Shown here: piece after piece, positions 24,687 to 37,600 of the stretch
Position numbering within the stretch: position 1 is the first letter of the stretch
How the letters are laid out: every line of letters starts with the position of its first letter
Assembly (NCBI RefSeq): GCF_009914755.1
Contig: NC_060928.1
DNA: 64,000 nt
Source of the DNA: the human T2T-CHM13v2.0 reference genome, Homo sapiens
Reading direction: 5' to 3' (one strand)
Made by a program: the position numbers and the translations under genes
The notes under the pieces: model-generated
What the model saw: the letters and a program-made list of their open reading frames with translations, nothing else
The model's database searches: none
Told to the model about the DNA's origin: nothing

Positions 24687-27365
24687 GTGAGTATGCGCTC
24701 TTCGTCTTCCCCTCTCCCCATCCGGGCCGCGCACCCCTGCCTCCACTGGAGGAACCTGTCAGCTCAGGGTCCTGTGCCTGGGGCAGCCCTCGCTAGCTCT
24801 CCCCCATGCACATCCTGGGGTTGAGCTCTCCGGGAGGGCACTGGCCAGGGAAGGGCCTCTGTCCAAGGAGGGGCGGGTCCGCTGGCAGCTGCGCTAGTTC
24901 TCCCTCCCCTGCTCTCGTCCCGCCACTCGCAGCTCCTTGCGGGCTAGTTCTCTGGGGCTGGGGAGCGGGTAGATAGGGGACAAGTACTGGAGGATGCCCG
25001 GGGCAAGTGAGACGCCACTTTGTTCTCCAGAGTCCATAAACGGAGTCACCTTGCGATTGCCAGCATCCAGGTCGGTTTCAGAGCCCAGTCCTCGCTCTTG
25101 TCGCAGGCTGGCGCGGAGGGGATAGCAGGGAGACTCAAAAGAGAGAAACTTGCCTTCCCCGATTTTTTGTCACCCTCCTGGGGGCGAAGGTTAGGAAGAA
25201 GGGGTCATGGAGTGCCTGGGGGTGCTTCTCACAGGTCGCGGGGAGAAGGGTGCCCCAGGACGGCGACACCTCGCATAGTAGCCTCGCGCAGCCCCCCGCC
25301 CCCCACTTCTCCGGGGAGGGGAAGACGGCGTCAGGCCCCTAGGGACTTGTCTCAGCGGGCGACTGCGAGGGAGGACCGTGTCCCATCCGTTAAGCGAAGT
25401 TAGCACTGGTTCTCCAGCGCAAACCAGCCCAACCAGGTCTTACCACTGCGGCGACCCGGCGGTGCCCGGCTGCCCCCTCCGGCCCTTCCTGCTGAACCCC
25501 TGCGTCCCCATCCACCTTTCTGGCAGTTTCTGCGCCCCTTCACGTGGCAGCAGTTCCCCTGCCTTCCCCTCTTCGCGCTCCGTTGCTCGCAGACGTCCCC
25601 GCCTCCCTGTCTTTGCGAGTCTCTAATGAAGAAGTAAATGCAGACCCGGTGTTGACGGCCCACGCGCTCCTGATGAGGCGCTTCCAGAGTTCAGCGAAGT
25701 GGAGCATGGAGGCCGTTCTCTTTGTGAACGCCGAGGCCGCCGCCCCGCGCCAGTCCGGCCGCCCTAGGCACGTTCCGCTCTCGCGGTTGCATGTGGGCCG
25801 GGAGTAAGCGAAGGGCGCGGGGCTAGGCCGGCAGGGGCCAGCGCGTCTGGATTCGTCCCGCGGCCTCTTTGCCCCCGGGGTGTAAGGGTTTCGGGCCGTG
25901 GAGAGGAGGCGCTCTGACCCGCACGTCTCCACCCGCGCAGCCCATTGCACTTCAAGTCGCCCTTCTTATCCAACCCATTTCTCTCGCCCTTAGTTTTAAG
26001 GCCCAAGTTGAGCCACCTTTTGCTTTGCAAATGGCTCTTCTACCCCCAGCCTCACTAGGTTACCCTTACTCCTTTCTCACCTCTCCGAGCTGGCCAAATC
26101 GGGGCTCTACTAGGGGTGCCTTGTCAGGATTCGATCCACATTTGTGTAGGGTGGTGGGTGGAGATTCGTGTTATATCGAATAGCCCAACAATTTTAGGAA
26201 CAACTGAATGGTACTCTGCTTAGCATGGAGAAGTGGGTTGAGTAGAAAGGAAGAGAAGCCACGCAGAATTCTGTTTTAGCACTTGTCATTTCATGCTATT
26301 CAGAACAGTTTAAAGTTTAAGCACGAACATGTCTTACTCAACAAAAAGGGAATGCACTTGGGTGGGTGGGGGTGAGGGGGGAGCGTAGCAATTGAATTTC
26401 AGGTCCTTGAAAAAATATACATCCTTATGAGGGATGAACAAAAAGTTTCCAGAAAATAGTTTACTGGGTGCTGACTTGTAAAATTCTATCATTGAAACAG
26501 TTTGAATACAGATTTCAAACATGATGTTGTAGAGTCAAAGGTGATATAGAGCTTACTTCTATGAAGAGCATTCAAACCGCAGCAAAGCCTGGTTTTACTT
26601 GAAGTGATTGGAACCAGGGCAAGTTTAGATCTTGACCTGAAATGCCAGAAAAGGAGATCGTGACTCCTGAAGGAAAAGTGCTGCAGAAATCTGAACAAAA
26701 ATGTCAGGGCCTGAATACTATTTCCATTCTTGCCCCTGTTAGTAGTTTTCACTTTACAATCACAGCGGGGTTCCCTGAGCTGCAAATGAAGAATTAAGTT
26801 TTAATACAAACAGAATTGTTGGAAGGTAAATGCCTATAAATGCAAGTCTTTGAAGTGCAGTTGTTTTGATGGCACTAATTTTTTTCTGTGCCTTAGGAAG
26901 TTTCGCCACCATGCTACCTAAGGACAGTGTTCTGAATTTTTATAAAATTTCTTCCTGAATAGCATGAGAAAATTGGGCATTTAACCTCCTGAAGGGAACT
27001 TTTTTTTTGGGGGGGGGGTGCCTAACAATTATAGTAAAATAGCAGAATACCTGTGAAATTAATATACAATCCTTACAGAAACAAAAATGGAAAGGACTCT
27101 CCCATACACAAAACAAACGAAAACTTTTTTGTGATAATGTAACCACTTCATTTTCTTGTCATATGCCAGCAAGAATGAACCTTGTAAATGTGTTGAGTCA
27201 TGTTAAAAATATCCTTTTAAAGGTTATCCTCTTCTCCTTCCTACATACTTTGTATACTACTTTAGTAATTGAATTAACTTTTAGTTCTGATTTACTCTAA
27301 ACTTTACTTGAAGCAGGTAAACATAGAAATAAAATGGAACTTTCACTTTCTGGTTTTTCTCTTAG

Positions 27366-27437
27366 GGATTTAAATGGAAATAACATCACAAGAATTACGA
27401 AGACAGATTTTGCTGGTCTTAGACATCTAAGAGTTCT
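27366..27437 (+). CDS. SLIT2: SLIT2 exon 2 (72 nt, one LRR unit)
   Basis: Acceptor ttttctcttag|G, donor CT|gtaagt. Reads (L)[23 protein letters not shown](L), in frame with exon 1. Confidence 0.97.
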
Positions 27438-28561
27438 GTAAGTGCATCCTCTGTATTTTTAAATAATTTTTTAAGGTTGCATATTTTGAATCATTACTGG
27501 CCTCAGTTTTTATGACTATTCTGATGACAGTAACATAAAACATTTAAAAGGTCATGCTTTCCTTTTTTCTGTGTTTATCATTGTACTACAACATTTAATA
27601 AAAATTGGGGCTTTTATTTTAAGGTTGGAAGCATGCCATAGAACCAATAATCCAGAAATGACCTCAGATCTTTGTTATACCATACCCTAAGCGCTTTATG
27701 CATATAAAAATGTTGAATAATTGTTTTCACAAAATGAATAAGTAATAAGAAACATTTGATACTTTTAGGATTTGAAATTAACTAAAATATTTAAGTGGAT
27801 CTGTATTTTATTATTGATAACAAAAGGATTCTTATTTTTTTGCGAAAATCTAATATCAAGCATTAAAATCAACCATTCAAATTTTCAGCAGAGTTTATAA
27901 TGATACATTAGTCATATTTTGAGTTTTTATATTTTGTGTCTTTGTAGCTTCTATAAAATTGTTGCAATATGATTACTTCTTTAATTAGTGGGTTAAATTA
28001 GCTGTGAGTAAACCACCACTTGCGAGTCAATGTAATGTTAAATTGTTCTCACCCACAGGATTGTAAATATTGACATCCCAGTAGCCATACAGTTTTGACC
28101 ATTGTGCATTCAGTGTTCTAAGTTTTAAGAGACACATTTTGGTCATTACAAATTATTCCAGTTGCTGATGTGTATCCATGTCAGAATTGAAGTATGTATA
28201 TGATGAATTACTGTATTTTGATTCTTTGGTTAAGTTGAAAACCAGTGTATCAAAGAAAGCTATCAAAGCTTCAGTGTCAAGGATTACTCTTCAGATATAC
28301 TATTAGTTTAAGGGTCAGAGTTTTGACCAGTAAATCTCATGAGAAACTGCATTTGTATTAAGTTTTGTGATGCAGACACTGCTATTTCCCTTCCATGAGT
28401 TCACTCAGATATATTATTATTAAATTTGATATTGGATCTCAAATCAGAGCACAATTTAACTTTATAAAGGGAAAGAGTTTACAAGTTTTCAGTTGCTGAA
28501 TTGAAATTTATTCAGATGGTGAGTGGTAACATTAAGAAGCATGTTATATTTTGCATTTCAG

Positions 28562-28633
28562 TCAGCTTATGGAGAATAAGATTAGCACCATTGAAAGAGG
28601 AGCATTCCAGGATCTTAAAGAACTAGAGAGACT
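28562..28633 (+). CDS. SLIT2: SLIT2 exon 3 (72 nt, one LRR unit)
   Basis: Acceptor ttgcatttcag|T, donor CT|gtaagt. Reads (L)[23 protein letters not shown](L). Confidence 0.97.
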
Positions 28634-31546
28634 GTAAGTATTTTCAATTCCAAAGTTATGACAACATAACTGTGTTTTTTAAAAATACTTAAATTTCAAG
28701 CATCATGTCTTCAATTTCATGTCTTAGGGTTTGAAATTTTGCAGAAAAAGGAGGATGAATGAGTGGTTTTCAGGTTAATTTATGACAAATAGAGTTCCTG
28801 AATAAAAAGTTCTAACTTGTAATTAAGCTCAAAAATACAGTTACTTTCCTGAGACATGTATTTCCTTGATAATCATTGCTTTGGTACTTAAAGATGTACA
28901 AGCATTTCTTATTCTTCATTTGATTTGTTTTATTTGCTCATGTAGGAAGAAAGGTGGTACTTTTATTTGCGTTAATGGTGCATTAGGGAAGAGAGAAGTT
29001 TTGCTAATTGTTATTTTCATTTTCATGGTGGTGCTTTGTGTGTTATCAGTGACATTTGATGAAATATTTTATATTTTACTAATAAAGATTTACTTTTTGA
29101 TATTTAGCATGGTGAACATTGTTATTGTTAATAATTACTTTTCAGTTTTATTTTATTTGGCCCTAGCTTTAAAAATATTTATTCTGGAAAAATAATCTAA
29201 ACATTATGAAAGTAAGAACTGTGTTATCAAATTGTGGTCATTCAAAGTTGGTTTTCTTCCCAAGAAGATTAAATGTAGACTTCAGATTTTAAGATACGTT
29301 TTTTACATATTACTTGAGGACTTTAAAAATGTTTACAGTATATATCTGCAAAAGACAAAACCTCTGTCTGAAATAATTAAGATAAATTACAGACCTTGTA
29401 ATTGAAGTATGAATTGTATGTCTTACATGCCTTGATTATTCAGGTTTGATATGTTTGCATTTTGAAGGCAAAGAAAAGCTCTAGTAAAAGAAACAACAAT
29501 TATTTTAATAAGTTTTCATGCCTGCCTTAATAGTCACTTTAAGTAAAAATAATTTTTTTCAAAAAATAATAAAATCTAATGTTCATTTTAAGCTTAACAC
29601 ATATTCAGGTTCACTGGGCAAAAGGGCAGAAGTTAATTCCCTGTAATTGTCCATAAGTAGAAAAATGGTTTGTCCCCTTCCAAGATATTTATAAATATAT
29701 AGACTATATTTTTATCACCTCAAGTAAAACACAGAAATGTCTACTTTATTTTACTATTGGTCTTTCTCTATGTTAAATATTACAATACAAGGACTATAAT
29801 TGTGGAATTCAAAATAAATTTAAAATCACTACTTTCAACTAATTTTAGAGGGAAATTAAAATTGGTAAACATTTGGTTGCATTCATAACAAAGCTTATAA
29901 GTTCATAGCCTATCTCTAAATATATAAAAAATACTCTGAAAGTATTTATTCTTTGATCTCCTTGATAGACTATGTGATTAGCTAATTCCTAGTAAGTAAC
30001 TTGCAAAGATATTTTAATCTTTAAGAAAGCATCAATATAATTCAAATGTTTGGTAAAATGAATAGATAATTTAAATTATCATTTAAACTTTATGTTTTCA
30101 AGAATAACTTTTAGTCACCACAGGAAAGTATCTTGAGTTTAGTTGTTAACTTCCAAACCATTGAAGGAGTTTTGATGGCTTTTTATGCAGTCTCTATTTT
30201 GGTTATATTGTTGTTTTAAATATTTTCAGGGACACTAGAACTAAACAAACTTTCTCATTCTTTTTCAAGTCACTTCAGAGTGTTGTCTGAACTTTCATCT
30301 TGAATAAATTAACTTTTCCTAAAACTTATTAACCAGATGCTATATGCTCTGAAATTTGATTAGAGTTGTAAGTAGGTACTATTTTTTGACTTTTACTTCC
30401 TCTGGGAATGTCACTTCATCTCAGAACAATTTTCTATTCTACTAAGACTAAGTCAGATGTTTCAGAGTGGGAGGAGGATTTGTAATTCTGAATGAAAACT
30501 AATATATATGCAGGACTTCTTTAAATCACCCCAGCTGTTGGCCAAGAGCAAATATTTCATATTTGTGAGGAAAAGCTGAGAAAATTCCTTTTGTTTACAA
30601 CTGCCAAATCCATCTGATGGAAGCACATTGTTATCTGACAGCCAATTCATTTCCTTGGACTCTGGAATTCAAAACCATTTCTTAGGAACATTGTGGATAC
30701 ACTTTTCAAATATTTATTTTTTAAAAATACATTAAATGGCAAGGCAGGTTTGCTAAGGAATGCATTCAAGTTATTGTGAAACAAACTATTTTAAATTTTG
30801 TTCATTGTATTGATTTAAAAAATAAAAACTACAAAAACCCCAAAACTACCCAGAGAGTTCCATAATCAAACTGCTATGGCCTGTGGTATATATCTTTATT
30901 TTAGTCAGTGTCATTAACACCAAAAAATTGCTTGCTTTTTCAAAAGCTGCAAGAGACAATGTGAGAGACAAGAAGAAATCAATAAATTAGCTTTTTATTA
31001 TGTATTGTGTAAATTTACATGGTTTTTAAGAATTTAGTTGTGAAATTTAAAATTGGAACTCAATTATGAAAAAAGTATAAAATTAGGTTTATGTTGTAAA
31101 TCCCATTTATATACTGAATAGTGATTTAATTTTTATTCCTTGTATGAAGAACAAAATAAAATAAAAACATTAATTTTATTCTTGTGTAATTTATGGTTTT
31201 AAGTTATTTTCATTTTAAAATGATAAAATAATTCTAAATTACATTTTGTGAATATTTCATAGTTATACATTTTTCTTTTTCTTTTATTTTATGTTGATGG
31301 ACTTTTAACTTGATCTATAGAAAAATCTGAAAACAGAAGATAAAGATCTGTACCTTTTTAAAAATTCAGCTTTTTAATCTGCAAGAAACAGTCATGTTGT
31401 TGATTTGAATTTAATTGTAGCATGGAATGGCAAAGTCATTATTTGCAAATCAAAACATTATAGCTATAAAAGATAGTTTTCCCTTTCAAAGAGTGGATGA
31501 AATACAACATTTTCAGATAAACTGTCAAGGAGTTAATAGTAAAATA

Positions 31547-31655
31547 CCTCCTCCTTTCTTTCCTCCTCCTCTCCCTCACCTCCTTCTTTTTTTCTTCCAT
31601 TTTCTTTTCTTTCTTCCTTACCTCTCTAACTAGCTCCTTCCCTCCCCTCTCCTCC
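31547..31655. repeat. Polypyrimidine/polypurine low-complexity tract
   Basis: ~110 nt almost entirely C/T on the + strand. Confidence 0.85.
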
Positions 31656-34600
31656 ATTCTCTTACAACATGAGATAACACATCATTGTCAGAATGTGGTT
31701 GTGCATCACTGTAAAAGGAGGAAGTTGTAATCACGTCTGCATACCACGAGCACACATTATTTTCTGTTTTGACAGTTTGTTTCTGCACTCTCAGACCTAA
31801 CATGTGCAGAGTCACATTTCCTAGGATGCTCTGTATTGCCAGTGGTACCTGTTTATCTGGGATGAAAATGAAGCCTTCAGAATGTGCCTTATATAGACTG
31901 TATTAGCAGGTCTCCTGTTGTTTAATCAAAAAAATTTTCAAATGAAATGTACTCTACCTAGATGACCAGTTAATTCAATGGAAATTCGGATAAAAAAGTC
32001 ACAAATAAGCTGCAGTAAGAATCAGGACACTTAGGAAGTATATTTCTTTTATATACCTCAAGGAAGATACCTGTGTATATCTGCAATAAATTCTCCATGC
32101 AAAATTATTAATTTGAGTTTTTTTTGGATACTGCATAATGTCCTAGAGGGTTAAAAAAATAACACTGGGACCCAGCAATGCTGTGGGCTTGTGTAAAATT
32201 CTCTTGTTCACACACTGTTTATGGGATTAGATACTACAGTCATTCACTTCTATTTTATGGTCTTTTAGGGGGACCCAGATCATGTCAGGGTTCCACTAGT
32301 GAAAACAATCTTCTTTTGAAATTTCCTTGATAATACAAATGCAAAAGTATGAGAAAGTTTTTGAAATTTTTTAGGGTTGTTATAGGATGTTTTATTATTT
32401 ACTCCAAGACTGAAAAGTGAAATGCATATATGCCTAGGTTATGTTGGTAAGAATCAGTAGCATACTGTGAAAAGTCTTGGATATTAGGCTTTGTGTGAAC
32501 ACTGCAACCATCTTGTAACCTTAAAATAAGAAAATTGTGGAAATAACAAAGGCAGGCATGTGGAGTGTTCATCTTTTCCCACCAATACTTGGTAAATGTG
32601 TGCTTTTAAGACAAATATTGCTTTAACTTCTCCTAGTGTTAGTATAATTGGGTTTGAAATGACATTTTTCCCACTAGCTTTGTCATTTGATACTCATTTA
32701 TGCTTGAAAATGAGCTCTGAAAATATTATTATGATAAAGCCATGTAAGGAATCTTGAACAGTCAAGCTGTTAACTTAGACATTTAAAGTTTCCAGCAAGT
32801 TGATATAAAGAACATATTCTTTTTAAATTAGAAAAGTCTAAGTCCCTTTACAGTGGAGCCTACATTTGACTAAACACTACATTCTAATGAGATGGTATGT
32901 AAAAGACAAATTTATTTTTTTTAAGGTGATGCTGAATTAGTTCTCCCTGCATACACATACCACTCCTAAGCATGGGACAGACAGTGTGAGTGAGGCTGAG
33001 GAAGTATGATGTTGGTAGGGTTTTTGTTGTAGGTCTTTACACATGAGTTCAAGTAGAGAATATGTTGTGGAACAGGTCTGAAAGAAAGCATCATTTATCC
33101 TGTGTTCATCAAGGATCTGGATATATTCTCTGTTTATCAAGGATTAGTCTCTTCTGACTAATCCGACAAGTTTATAGGCAACACATAACACATACCTTTT
33201 CTTAACAGAATGACAGTCTAACGGTGCTAATCTTCTTGGAAAAGAATTCAAGCCCATCTCAAAAGAATTGTTTTCTGGTATCTTTCCACACAAGTTTAAA
33301 ATCATGGCAGTCATTTTCTTGGAAAGTCTCTTTAAAGGACACATCAAACTCTAACAGAGGCTGAGTATGCACATAGCATAAAATATAAGTGTTCCAAAAG
33401 ATATAATAGCCATTATATGCCAATGATGTTCACCTATTCGTAAGCAATGTGGTCAATTTTAAATTAGGTTTACTGATGCTGGTCATAGAAAGCTTTAATC
33501 CCTGTGCGCTGTTACAAGTTTAGCAGAACATTGAATCCATCTGAGAGAATTTCTCATGCAACAGTTTTTATGGGCCTTGAAGTTTAATGGTGGTGAGAAG
33601 GCCCGTTTGCTCTTTGTGGACCATTTTATAAATTCTGAAGCAGTGAGGGTGTTTATTTTTCCCACATCTGTTTTGGGTCCTCTTTTGTGACAGTGTTTGC
33701 TGGATGCCGTGTCCTTTATACCTCCCCTGAAATGAGTAGTTTAGTTTGCACTGTTACAATGTATTTGTGGAAGCAGCCAGTGTCAAATATTTTACATTTA
33801 ATTCCCTCTCTCATTTCTTTTGGATACCTTTCTGCTTGAATTGTGTCTTCTAGACTGAATTTCACAACTTGACATGGAAAGAGAGACATTTCTGCATGGA
33901 CTTCATATATATTGCCATTATGTTTTTTCAAACCAAGTGTTATCTGCTGGACTGGAAAGCATATTGATGAAAATGCTTTCAGAACGAAAGCTTGATAATA
34001 GGGCTGTGATTTGATCTCATCAATATTGCTTTACGATAATATTTACAGAAAATTATTTGTGTGTCCTCTCTGCAATGTCCATACACTCTGAATACAGATG
34101 GACAGTTCTGGAGCATTGGCTCTTTGCTGCAGTTTGAGGTTCTAGAGTAAAAGCACAGAGTGTGGATTATCTAGAAATCCCTGTTCTTCGACATCTTATT
34201 TTATCTACTGATGCTTGGTGTCTCATGGAATACCAGGCAAATACACATCAATTGTACTGTTGATTGTGGTTTCTAACCAGATACAAGCTCCCCTTTCTCC
34301 TTTTAAAATCAGAAACGCTAGAAAAGAGTGATATCAGAAAATCTTTGGTTTTAATTCCACTGAGGGATCTTGATCACCTTGCTTCATCTTTCAAAACTTC
34401 AATTTCCTCATCTTTAAAACAGGGATAATCATTATATCTCATAGTGGCAATAAGTAAGATAATGTGCATAGCTTCACAAAATGCTGGGCACACAGCACTT
34501 AAATAACTATTATTCTGCATTTCAACATACCTCTCATATTTCTCAATAGCTGAGTTTAGGAATTATTTTATCTTAGCTGCTAAAGTGTATATATGATCCA

Positions 34601-37600
34601 TTTGACCTTTTACGACCATATTTACATTTTTAAAAAATGTTCTTCCTAACGTAGTATATGGTCAACTGAAGAGATGTGAAGAAAAGCTTAACAACCCTTC
34701 AATGGTTATTTCAGAGTGTTTCTCATAGTCTCTCTGAGTCTATAGAGAAATACCGGGAAGTAAGGGGATAAAAGAGGGAGCAATATTTTGCTAATAAGTA
34801 TTGACATCCCTAGCAAGGAATACAAGGGATTAAGTTATCATTGATATCACTGCTGAAGATGTAAACTTTATTTTATTTACATAATACAAAATAAATTTTA
34901 AAATCTGTGCTTTAAAAGTGTTAAAATAAAAACATTTTTATAAGAGAAGTCAAAATTTACCTGAGAAGGTGGCAAAAGAGGAGGCTAAATAGTTTTATGC
35001 TTGATCATTCATGTAGGAGAAATAGGAGGTTAGAAATGGTAGGCTTTGAGGCAGCATTTATCAAACATTTATTACAGACCTAGCACGCTGCTAAAAACAC
35101 CTTATATTTACATGTAAATATGACATGTAAATATGGAGCACAAAATTTTACTGGCTTTGGTAAAACTGTTTTCATATTACGTTTTGAATTAGATGGAAGG
35201 TTGTGAACATTAATTGAATTGAGGTGAAAGTCGCAAAAAGTAAGAGACTATGACCTCTGCTAAAGGACAAGAGTCATAGACACAGCTGGCAGATAATAAT
35301 TCAAAACAATGTTTGTCAATACGTTCAGGCTGCCCTTCAAATTGAGGTTGTTAAGAATCAGTGTTTCAGAGGCTAGTGGTGTTTTGTGCAATGCAGAAAG
35401 ATCATTCTCTCTTCTGAAAGTCAAACTCAAAAATAGCTGGTAGCACAGAGCAAACAGTTACTGGAATCCTTTCTCATCTTTGCCCTGGGAGAAAGTATCT
35501 CAGAGACATACATTACACACCTTTCTGAAACTGTGAATTGCCATCTAGAGAATTATCAAGCATTTCTGGGATGTTGTGGGCAGATTCCATTGAGGGGTGA
35601 TGACACATGACTTATATATCACTATATCTCTGTCATTCCTTTGATACCATTGAGTGTCTGTGCTCTCAACAATGATAATTGACTCACCTGGTCTGTTTAA
35701 CAAAGCTAATTTATGTTGGCTCCCATAAATAATCCTCTGTGATATCTTTAATTCACTACATGCTGTTTCCTGTTCTGGAACCATCAGATTTAACTTCAAC
35801 TCATTTACGTTAGAGATCTTATTCTGACACGATCATCTTCAAGCTGTTAAGCAAATTTCTGTCACAATTAGAAGCTAGGCTACTTTTTCTCTAGCTCTGT
35901 TTAGTAATTGTTATATACCTTAATAGTCTTTAAAATAAGTTTAAATTTTAAATAAATGCTCTTTATTTTAAGGATTTAATTTCTGGTGATTGCACAGGCG
36001 GCTATCCTTTAAAATTTTTCTTTAATATTTTGAAAGTTTTGCTTTTTCTGTTAATGTTTGTATAACCATTTAACCTTAGTATGGATGGAAGAGAGAATAG
36101 AAAAAGTGGAGCCAAATGTGTATTGATACTGCTTTAAAGACAATAAAAGGGAAACGTATACTGTTTTGTTGTATCCATATTACCACATTACTTACGTTAT
36201 CTGTCCTTTTTGTGCAATACCACCTTGTCTTATCCTAAAAACAGAAACGTATCTGGTGGGTTTAGACATATAAAGATCACTCATAATAACTTTCATGAAA
36301 TAATTATAAAGTACTGCAATTCAGAGAAGAATTCTTCGTATATATTTTCAGTTTTTTTTTTCTGAAATTTAAAATACCTAGTTTTCAACAGGTGTTTAAA
36401 ACCATGAGCTGAACGTAGAGCTAGCTTTTTTAAAAAATAAAACTTTGTTGTATTTACAATTGCTTAGTTCATAGATATTTAAGAAATGGATCAAATAAAT
36501 CTATGTTTTGCCTCAGGGAATACAGGTGAAAAGGAAAGCTTCCGCATTATATTATTCTGAATTATTGTTTAGGAATGTTTAGACTATATTTTTTCCAGAG
36601 GAGTGATTCAGAGGGTATGTTTTAGTGTCATACCACCTTTATTCAGGCCCTAGCTTTATGTCTTTGAACTCTGCACTTCTCTCCAGAACAGCAGTGAGAA
36701 TTGTACTTACTCATGGGGATGTGGTGAGGAGTGAATGAGATAACTTGTATAAACCTCTCAATAGTGACCATCACCTAGTAAGCTTATTACTTACACAGTG
36801 AATTAGAACACATGTTAGCTATTAGTTACACAGTGAATTAGGAACCACTGGGAATAAGAAAGGGATAATAATTAAGAAAAAAAAAAACCACTTCTTGTAT
36901 CCAGTCTGAAAAATCTGCTTTCTCACAATATATGAAACTATACTGATGTAGACTCGTTAACAAGAAAGCTGGTAGCAGCTGTTACTCACTTATATCTCTG
37001 AATTTGTTTAAACACATTGAATTCTTTCCAGCTTCTAGGTGATGCCGAGAATCACATCATCAAGGATGTTGATGGAATGGAAAGGAGGAAACTATTGTCT
37101 GGGGCATGTGAAAGCAGGTTTGACAGCCAGAGAATGGCATCAAACCCAAGGCAGGTGCCTCAGGGAGGATGCCAGAGGAATGTTGGCTTAATATAAAATG
37201 TAAATGCTAGGGCCTTGCTGAAATATATCAAAATACTAAGAGAACAATCTGTTCTCATTCAGCATTTCCTAAGAACCTACTAAGGGCCAGAGATTAGGGA
37301 ATGTTGACTGAGAGCAGGCTGCTCTCTTTGGCTTTTCATATGGTTCAGAACTTACTAAGTGCCAGGGAAGAAGGGAGGGAATACAAAGATTTAGTCTTTA
37401 TGCTTGAAGAGCTCACAGTCTAGTGGGAAAGAGACCAGTACATGAATAAATATTACACAGTGTAAGGGACTCTTGCTTATCAAATGCTGTGGGGACACAG
37501 CCAAGAGAAGCACTAACTTTTTGTAGGAGAATCAGGGGAAGGTTCACAGAGGATGTAAGAAAGCACCATTTGGAGAAAAGGAGAAGCACTTCATAAAGAG

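Larger units (their letters stand above)
22200..25960. promoter_or_regulatory. CpG island over promoter, exon 1 and 5' intron 1
   Basis: Abrupt change from AT-rich, CpG-poor DNA to GC-rich, CpG-dense DNA. Boundaries estimated by eye. Confidence 0.92.

Noticed and set aside
24687-24690. ORF-track stop giving a 60-aa protein
   Set aside because: The TGA lies inside the gtgagt splice donor; the frame continues in exon 2.
21986-26183. Dense overlapping ORFs on both strands, up to 296 aa
   Set aside because: Expected from stop-codon scarcity in a CpG island. Most use non-ATG starts, are low complexity and show no recognisable domain. Only SLIT2 exon 1 and the listed uORFs are kept.
27000-27018. 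T9-G10 homopolymer junction
   Set aside because: Simple mononucleotide runs with no supporting context.
28866-29195. 109-aa hydrophobic ORF in intron 3
   Set aside because: TTG start in T-rich intron sequence; the hydrophobicity is a compositional artefact.
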